Part shown: one piece after another, positions 55,401-64,000 of the stretch
How the letters are laid out: every line of letters starts with the position of its first letter
Numbering within the stretch: position 1 is the first letter of the stretch
Assembly: GCF_000181795.1 (NCBI RefSeq)
Contig: NW_003526940.1
Location: forward strand, 1,396,242-1,460,241
Direction: 5' to 3'
Source of the DNA: Trichinella spiralis
Taxonomy: Eukaryota
Length of the DNA: 64,000 nt
Notes under the pieces: model-generated
What the model was told of the DNA's origin: nothing
Databases searched by the model: none
Seen by the model: only the letters and a program-made list of their open reading frames with translations
Position numbers and translations under genes: made by a program

Positions 55401-56948
55401 TACTATACATTTGCTTAGTTCTGAAGCGCTTATATCGAATAGCAGAAAAGTTTCTGTGAAAACCATCTGTTGATCAGCATAGTTGTGAAGAAATAAAATG
55501 CAAAAGCAAACTTACAAGAATAAAATTAAGCAATAAGATAATCTTTTGTTAACTGTGAAATGTAAAACGCAAAAGCTTTTTAAAAGCATCATTTTCAAAG
55601 TCTAAAAACAAATATACACATTTCCAGGTTATAACTAAAAGCTTTTTCTTTAAAAAATAGTAAATGCTTTTTCATGTCCATACAAGTTATTCTTATGGTA
55701 ATGCACCCATATTTGGTAAAGACTTGATAAAGAACAATCATCCAATCCCAGATCACAGCTAAATAGCTAATCAAATGGCACAGCAGTTTCTCACATTTTG
55801 TCAAAGAATAAATCCAGTCTCTGATAAAACTGTTCTGCTTTTTTGTATTTTTAAATACTAAATTTCACTGAAATTAATTTTCCTACCTGAAAAATAATTT
55901 TATTCTGAAAGGGAATGTCACTTTTCTTTTTTACGGGACAGTTTGTTGCATACAGATTTGTGGTTTGACTATGACAACATAAATGTGCAGTAAATATTTC
56001 AAAAGTTAACCATTTCAATTTTGCATCAAGTCCACAAAGTTGTTTTTATAAGGAAAACACACTAATACTGTAATGAATGAATCTTTGCATAATTGCTATT
56101 TATGAGTCTCTGAAGTTGCATTTGTAAATAAGATATTTCACCATACATTTGACTATTATTTTCCAAATAAAAACGTTCTTTTTATTGTCATTATTATTAA
56201 TATTTTTATAAATGCTTGTCAATGATTGCTCAGGATATTAATTAAACGACATACAAATAACATGGATAATTTTTGTTACTTGCATTTCTGTTCTTCGTAT
56301 ATGACGGATTTCAAATATTGTTATAAATAAGTGGAGAACCAAAAAATATTGAAACAAGAAATTGTAAAATATAAAATTTTAATTACTGGTTTGGTTATTA
56401 TCTGGCCATGTTCATTTTTGATGTAAAAGTCATATGTGCATTTCACATATGCATATTGTATGGTGAACTGTGTAATTTATATGTAACGTATTTGCATAAT
56501 AATTGCTTTTTCCAGTAGACTAATGTCTTATTTAATGTGAACCTTCTTTATGGCAATGGGAACACCAAAAATTTAATTAAGCTGCAGTTTCTGTGATGCC
56601 GTTTTATATTAGTTTTTTGCTTTTATTGTTGTCTACGTCATGATATTCAATGGTTATCTTCGACTGAAATAACCTCAAACATTAGGATTAAGTTGTTATT
56701 TTATATATTTATTAAAGTATAAGGGTAAATACCACATAACTAATCAAATAAGAATAGATAATAAACATTAACTGACTTGATTTCATAAGTAAATATTTGT
56801 AAGCATCATGTCAACAGTGCGCGTGCACAATTGTTCAAATACCCAATAATAAATGCTAAAAATCATTAAAGTGTTTGAAAACGTTTCGACAACAGCCATA
56901 CGAGATTATGGCCATATATATGTTTTAGAAGTTTTTTATGCATATTAA

Positions 56949-57930
56949 TTTCAAATGCTTTTGTCCATTATCAAACAATATAAATATTTGAAAATTATTT
57001 CTGTAAATTTCTAAAAGTTTAATTCTTGACCTACAACTCAAACATTTAAATGTTTGAAATAATAAAGTATTCGATCTGAAAATGATGCAAATTGCAATAT
57101 TTGCATAGAACTACTGCGTCTCTAATATAAGTGTTTCTTTAATTCTAAAGAAATAAAATCAGTTGGTACATACATTGAAAAATTAAAATAATTTTATTGT
57201 AGAAAAGCAAGGAATATGTGATATGCTGAAAATTTTCGTTCAGTTGAAGTTGCTCAATCATAATGTCATTTACAGATCTTCTTACTTTTTCCACTGAGGC
57301 AAAGTTCTGCTTTCTTTTTGGGCCAATTTGATATCTACAAATTTACCCATGTCAAGTTCTTCTTCGACTCCCAACTCACCCGCTAGGTCAAATGTATTCT
57401 CCAGGTCGTCAAGTTGGTTCTCAATGCCGCTATCATCACTTCCTGAATCCGCAGTCGCTGGAAATAGCACAACGACATTTATAACTTGACTTGAAATGGC
57501 GGTAGCGTTTTTCTCTTCCTCCAGTGTCTTTACTCGTTCACATCATCTTCCTTCTAATGAATCCTTGTCTAAATACCATCATGGTTTTTAGACCATTCTG
57601 TTGCGCCCATCGCCGTGTCTTCCTCCTTACTCCTACGGAATAGCTTCATTGCAAGTATAGATCATCAAGCGGGAGAAACCGTGATACAGCTTTAAAGCTG
57701 TCCTCTTACTCAAACAACAGTCCGTCTTGCACCAATATATAAGTATTTTCAAATAATTCGTGGACATTCTGTGACACATGGGAGGTGATTTGTTTTAGAG
57801 AATAAAGAAAAACAAATGCCGATTTCTGTCAAGTGTTCCATACATCTCATAAACAGTTGCATTTAGGTGAGATCTAATTGAAGCTAATAGTTAACAATTT
57901 GCAAATTTTTTTGCTAAATACCGAAATTTA
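56949..57930 (-). mobile_element. Second, inverted, internally deleted copy of the piggyBac remnant
   Basis: The reverse complement aligns with 28090-28835 and 29430-29694 (ADSGSDDSGIENQLDDLENTFD...IKLAQK). The DDD core is missing. Starts immediately after TTAA at 56945-56948. Confidence 0.78.
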
Positions 57931-58110
57931 ATGATTCTGCCTTTTATCAACAAGTTTTATTTCACCATTGCCAAATTTGGACAGTATTTCACCAGTTCGT
58001 GGCATTTACTCTATTTTGACAAGTTAGGTAAAAATGCAGAACTTTACTTATGGATCTTTGTTCAACGAAATGTCACTATAAAATCAGTCATTTTGTCAAG
58101 CATAACCAGT

Positions 58111-58345
58111 CTATTGGACGTTTTTACAAGCCTTTCCTGGGTAAAAACGCCAATTACATGACAGTTATTTTTTGAAGCAACTGAAGCTGCCTGATGCGCA
58201 GTCGGTTGTGCACTGACGTTTCACATATCCATGACCACCGGTTGATTTTGTAGCTGCTGATCTGACGGATACTTTTTTATCTGGAATTTGATCAGTTACA
58301 AGCAGTTTTCTGGCACTGCTTCAAGAAAATCGCGTAATCTTAACT
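58111..58345 (-). mobile_element. Ginger/KRBA2-SCAND3-type integrase-transposase C-terminal remnant
   Basis: The minus strand reads LLVTDQIPDKKVSVRSAATKSTGGHGYVKRQCTTDCASGSFSCFKK*LSCNWRFYPGKACKNVQ*. This fits the Cys-rich tail of that family (SLREAA..GGQG..C.C...C...C.K....CNSRCH...C.N) and has an internal stop. Confidence 0.65.
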
Positions 58346-58539
58346 ACTATACATCAAAACTTGCAATCAGTAATTTTAAACAAATACATCAAAAGAATAA
58401 TAGGTGTATAAATTTTATTATTGCTACCCTTAACTATGTAGCCTAACATTAACATTTTGTGGCAAACACAAATAATTCATTAAAAAATTAAGTATTCTTG
58501 TTTCAATAGTTTATTTTTATTTATGATCAGAACAAGAGG

Positions 58540-58835
58540 TGCACCCAATTTCCCAAACGAACTCCGCCTATTTTTCACAGTGAATTTCATTGGTTGCTGC
58601 TCTGATGCAAGCAACTAAATTTTATTGAATTGAAACATAGTGCTCGGTTATGAATTTGCATAGTTATTTTCCCTGACCTGTCCTGCTTGCTCAGGAAATT
58701 TAGTGTTAAGCACTCCTTTCTCTAGGCAACCTAATTCCATCAGATTGATAACCAATGAAATTTAGCTGCACAACAACCAATGAAATTTAGATGAGAAAAA
58801 AGTAGGCGGAGTTTGTTGGGGGAAAACCGTACTAT
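58540..58835. mobile_element. MITE-like inverted-repeat element (~300 bp, ~50-bp imperfect TIRs, possibly MULE-derived)
   Basis: Left arm cccaaacgaactccgcctatttttcacagtgaatttcattggttg; reverse complement of the right arm cccaacaaactccgcctacttttttctcatctaaatttcattggttg. No TSD identified. Confidence 0.65.
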
Positions 58836-58983
58836 ACTTCAGCGCAAAGCTATTTACTTATGGAACACAACTGTATGTTTATTTGTGTAAGCTGAATTTT
58901 AATTAAATTTACTACAAGTGAATCTGTTTAATTATTCAATAACCAGTCAATATCTTGAATATTATAATCAAACTTATTGAATC

Positions 58984-61900
58984 ATGCACATATCCTACCT
59001 TATCATGCACATCACATGGTTTTTTCTTTTATGTCTCAGTTTTCTTAGATTTTCGTCAGCTACATCTAAATGTCAAAATTTAAATGGAGCTGCAGCAGCA
59101 GACTGGTAAAAGGCTATTTATAACTATCATAATGTGAGAACTAAAATAACAATAACGCTCAGCTAATGAAATTTCATATTTGTAAATATGAAACAAATTT
59201 AAATAATAAATTAAAACCAAAAAAATTAAATCTGGTGGCCAGTAGTGACAAATGATTGGGTCACAGCGAGTAACTTTGTCTTGGATGTATTAAGTTTCAT
59301 CTAAAAGAAATTACTGCTTAAGTTTTAATTAATCATTTGCTGCATTTTTTGATCAATCAATTGCAATGGGCAACATACGCATGTTTACTTTTCAAAATAT
59401 ACATCTTAAAATGCATTCTTAATATTACATTATTTAAAGGTTATAAATAAATATTTATTCCTTACAAAAGATATTTTTCATTCTACAGACGCAAAACCGA
59501 CATTTTGAAAACTGTTGTTAGTTTCTTCAAGAAAGCAACTTCCACATTTGATAATGTTTTCCGTTTCAAATCACTTTCAGAATGCAATCCAAGCAGAACT
59601 GCCCAAGCATGTGCCCTTGTTCAGCAGTTGTCTAATAAAATTAGTTTTTACTTAGCATGCTTATTCTGAGAAACACATTATCGTGCTTTTATTTTTTGCC
59701 AAAATATTGACTCCTTATTTAATGAAATGAATTTTGCAGCTTATGCAAGCCTAATATTTCAGAGAAGAATTTGATTGTTATGCATTTGTAGACAGCATTA
59801 AATTTCGCAAAAGATACAATATATTAAGAAAAGTATATGACGCAGCTCTTATAAAACAAAGTTTGGTGAACGCCGTAATAGCAGTCGACAGTAAGAAAGT
59901 GTTGAAATATCTCAGCATAAATTTTTTTCTAAGATATTATCATAAAAACTAAACACAATTATACGGTTTGAAATTCATTTTCAATTTTAATTTCTAAGTG
60001 CTTTGCTTTGCACAACCTTGCATTCCAAATAATTCAAATTAGTTTTTAGTTTTATTAGTTAACAAAATGAACTAATAAAACAGGCTTCATTCAAACAAAA
60101 CAGAAACATCCCAGAACTAGAATCTCATATAATAGAAGAAAAAGTAAATTTCATATTTCGTAAAAACCAAGAGGTATTTTTGTCGACGCGGAATTTACAG
60201 AAAAAGCTCCATTCGAGAAAAAAGCCATTGAACTTATTTATAGTAAACAAAAACATCTATTTATAGCAAGAAAGCAAATAGCTACTTGTTATCCAGTTAA
60301 TTTATCACATATACTTTGTCAAAATTTAAGTTTTAATGGATTTAAAAGAACAGCAGGAGTGATTCAATAAGTTAATAATCTGTAAAATGTAGGATGGCAT
60401 TTACAAAAGAAAATTTCATGAATATTTTATGAATAACTTTTGTAAGCAGTTTACTAGATACATTGAAATACTAAGATATAAGGGAAGCTCTATCAATATG
60501 CTGGAAGAGATGCTTTTCCACTGTCCTAATGCAACTACCAGCATTTAACAATTTTATATTTATCGCATTACTAACAGCAAAGAATGCATACCAAAAAAAT
60601 AAAAATAAAAAAATTAATTGCTAACTGAATTGTCTTCTATTATATCAATAAATGAAAGTATTTAATGGTGTGACCCACTAACAATATTCAGCTTATGCCC
60701 AATAAAAAATTTTCTTCAGGGCCATTTTGTATAAAGCACCTGCACAAAATACAGGAAAAGCCCTTATTGCAGGAGGTGCAAACTGGCAAGCTTACCCACA
60801 AGTTACTGGACTCATTAATCATTCGTTTGGTAAAGCTGTTGAACATGTTGTAGCTGTTGATGCAAATAACAAATTTATTGCATACAGCAATGTTCCACCA
60901 GATATTCCAAAAGTGAAAACGAAATCAAACAGCAAAGGTAACATCAACTAGACTTACATAGAAAATGAAAAATGATAAAATCATAATCTTGAAGGCGTGT
61001 TAATGATGAATCCGGGAGTTGCAGATGAAGCTTCATGGATTGTTCACACAATACCAGGTTTCCCGAAGGCGCTAAGAGGATACGTATTTCCACCTGCAGA
61101 AATTCAGAAAGGACATTTGCTGATTTGTTTAACAATTAAGGAAAGTCAAATAGATCCAATTGGTAAAGTTATCTGTATAATAAAGTCTGCACAAATATTT
61201 CATTTAAAAACTACATGTCATGCAACTTAAGTAGATGCTTAAAATTTAAAAAGAGGGACATGAATGAAATATTTTTAATTAATAATTTTATCAAATGATG
61301 AAAAGCAAACAATTTTCAGCCAAGACATTGAGAATTGCAACTCCATTGATATATCACAGCGATATACCAGATACTCAGATGAATTCTCGACCAAATCTTA
61401 AAAAATTGGTTGATGGTGAATCAAGATTCATGCCACCTTTAACAGTGTCACAAGAAATTTCAACGGAAAACGCTCAAGGTTTGAAAGTGACTATATACAG
61501 TAAAGGTGAAAAATCTAGATATGGTAATCAGATTTATTAATTCGTTGGAATCATTCAATTAATTCATTTATTTGTTTTTGCTTCTCATAAATGAACATAT
61601 GCATCGAATAGAAAATGTCTTTCCTCTTAAAAATAATGTAGTCAAAAATTGATGTAGAATAAACCATTTTACGGTGAAGAAAGATCAACAAAAATCACTA
61701 CATAAAATTAAACATTAGCTGAGGTTTTAGTGCAACAAATTTTAAATATAAAATTAAAATTCATGCGTTCAGTCGAAAAAATTCTGTGCTGTATTAATTC
61801 TTAATATTGCAAAGGCATTTTATTATTTATTAATTCTTGATGCAATTATAAAAGAAGCTTATTTCAGAGATGTACAAAAGAATACTTGTTAAACAGCTAA

Positions 61901-62248
61901 AGTCAACTATCAAAGTTTGGACAACAAGAGATAATATATTGAAAAGTGATTGTAGAAAAGTTGGGAGAAACATAAAACTAATAACAAGTCCTATATCTGT
62001 CAATGGAGACGCAAGTTCACTAGAAAATGATGTTTCCCAATGGCTAGTCAGTGAACCAGGAAACAAATTTTGTGCTATTGACAAGCCTTACCATGTAAAT
62101 TTATAATTGCTAAAACGTGACTGTTTAACGAAATACTTTTTTTCAGAAAAGTCAAACAAAAGAACCAGCAATGGCCGTCTGCATTGATGATGCTACTATT
62201 TTTACCCGTTTCAGTGAAATAGCGGTGAATGTGGAGAATTGCCTCTGA
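58984..62248 (+). CDS. DNASE2: Secreted DNase II-family protein, divergent subtype, copy H
   Basis: Exon 1 (58984-59105) reads MHISYLIMHITWFFLLCLSFLRFSSATSKCQNLNGAAAADW, followed by a 1.6-kb intron. Exon 2 starts at 60720 (AILYKAP...KTKSNSKG). Later motifs WIVHTIPGFP, GHLLICL and NDVSQWLVSEPGNKFCAIDKPY. Ends VENCL* at 62248. Confidence 0.9.
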
Positions 62249-63337
62249 AATATCTTTAAACCCCAGAATTCATTAAAATTTATTTTTGATTTTATGACTT
62301 TATGGGCTAAAGCCTGTAATGACTTATTTTCCGTGATTGTGAGAATTTCTGATTTTGAAATTAATGACAAGTTTTATTAAAATATTTTGAAATAAAAATT
62401 CTGCTGTATAACTTTAATAAAATTAGTACATAACCAGTGTTCTTTCATTATTACTGTCATAGAAAACGATTGAAATTGCAGTAAACTCATGTTTACTGCA
62501 ATTTCAGTACTGCAGGTAATTTTATCTTTTAGTATCTGCATTATCATCAAAAATACTGTTAAGAAAATTATTTAGCTCCAATTGTGCTACATTTTCTATT
62601 ATTCAGTACACTGAGGACATTTTCCTTCCAATGATAAGACATTATAGCTTTATCTGCGAAGAATACGACTTAGTTGCTTGTTTTAAACGTAACCAAATTT
62701 CGGTCCGTCAGTTTTGAGAAAGCTTCATTTATGGCGTTACAAAAGTCATCTCCTGCAAATGAACAGTAAATAATATTTTGCGATAATGAAAACATGCAAC
62801 AGCACCATTAATGAAAACATTATTCATAATTAGAATGAACAAAATGTATGTTTTCTGAAAATGTAAACGACAAAGAGTATGCTAAGGCATCCAAATTAAA
62901 GGAACAGTTTTCCAGATATATACATGGATAAAAAATACGACCCTTTGTTAAACAGGTTACAAATTGTTTGATCTATTTGTTTATCACAAAAAAATCAACA
63001 TGTTGAAATTTAATATAAATTTAAGAATTACTTTTTTTAATATTTACTGAACACAGATGTGGTCAAAGTCACACCAGAAATATTTATACAAGAGACTGCT
63101 CAAAATAATTAAAGAAGGTGGAAATATACACCTAACGATAAAAACCGACATTTTTTAAATTAGTGTCTTAAAAATTTTTTAACATAAAAATCTAAAAAAA
63201 TCAGAACAAGCAAGACAAATGCAAGTTCATTTTTTCTATAAAGGAAAAACCTTGATTTCTATAATCAGAAGCTAAAACATTAAAAGCACTGATTCTTATA
63301 AGCTAAAATGAAAGATAAAAGAATATGTTATGGGATT

Positions 63338-64000
63338 TCATTGTGGACAATCTTCAACTTGCGCAGCAATTTCATTAAATCTAGCAAAAATATCATTATT
63401 TTCAATGCAAACTGCCATTGCTGGTTCTTTGGTTTGATTTTTCTAAATTATAGAAAACGTTTACATTAAAATGTTGCCAAATCCATACAGACTTACAAAA
63501 TATGGCTTGTCAATATGACAAAATATATTTCCAGGATCAGAAACAGCCCAGTTTGTAATATCTGCTTCAAGATTGGTGTTATGATCACGAACGGCAGCTG
63601 GACTTTTAATTAAACGAATGTGCCTTTGTGAACCTCTGCAATCCCCTTTCAAAATATTGTCTCTTCTTGACCATACCTTGATCGTTTTTTTCAAAACTTT
63701 TACAATGACTTTTTTGTAAATTTCTAAACAATAACTTTGATTATTCGTAATTATCTTCAGAAAGAATATTTCATATAATTATGTTTCAAAGCAATGAAGT
63801 TTGTATTCTGTTCAGAGCAAATTACATTTTAGTATTTGAAACTTTAATTTGTGAAATTTCAGGGAAAGTATTAAGTACATTAAATAATAAATTAAATAGT
63901 GCAATACTGCTTTTCTACTTTGCGCAAAAAAACGATAGCTAAAAATTTTATAAACCTTTCATTGGTGCATTACTTCACTTGTTCATCATAATTTCTTCTT
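63338..64000 (-). CDS. DNASE2: DNase II-family gene, copy I (B-type); only exons 5-6 lie in the window
   Basis: Exon 5 (~63496-63724) IYKKVIVKVLKKTIKVWSRRD...ADITNWAVSDPGNIFCHIDKPYF. Exon 6 ends ARFNEIAAQVEDCPQ* as in B. The 3' flank is homologous to that of B. Confidence 0.85.

Noticed and set aside
1..64000. CRISPR arrays, rRNA/tRNA genes, prokaryotic operons or defence systems
   Set aside because: The DNA is eukaryotic with spliceosomal introns, and the repeats are kb-scale gene duplications; no repeat-spacer array or structural RNA was seen.

Overview
AT-rich, intron-containing eukaryotic DNA, most likely a Trichinella-type (clade I) parasitic nematode. That assignment is inferred from the expanded, histidine-less DNase II family. 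The first 18 kb hold four housekeeping genes: VPS50/syndetin (-, runs off the left edge), an intronless INTS15/C7orf26-like gene (+), THOC2 (-) and RRP8 (+). From about 20.3 kb to the end lies a tandem array of six-exon, secreted DNase II (plancitoxin-1-like) genes. Seven look intact (A, B, D, E, F, G, H on +), one is cut by the window edge (I, on -), and three are pseudogenes or fragments. Every complete copy has lost the histidine of both PLD-type HxK catalytic motifs yet keeps an open frame. The array also holds hAT/Buster, piggyBac, Ginger/KRBA2-like and MITE remnants. The central ~27 kb block (D-G) is flanked by long inverted arms. Each arm carries a piggyBac remnant and ends at the same TTAA of the array's intergenic repeat unit. 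Identifications rest on manual translation and recalled motifs; no database search was run.
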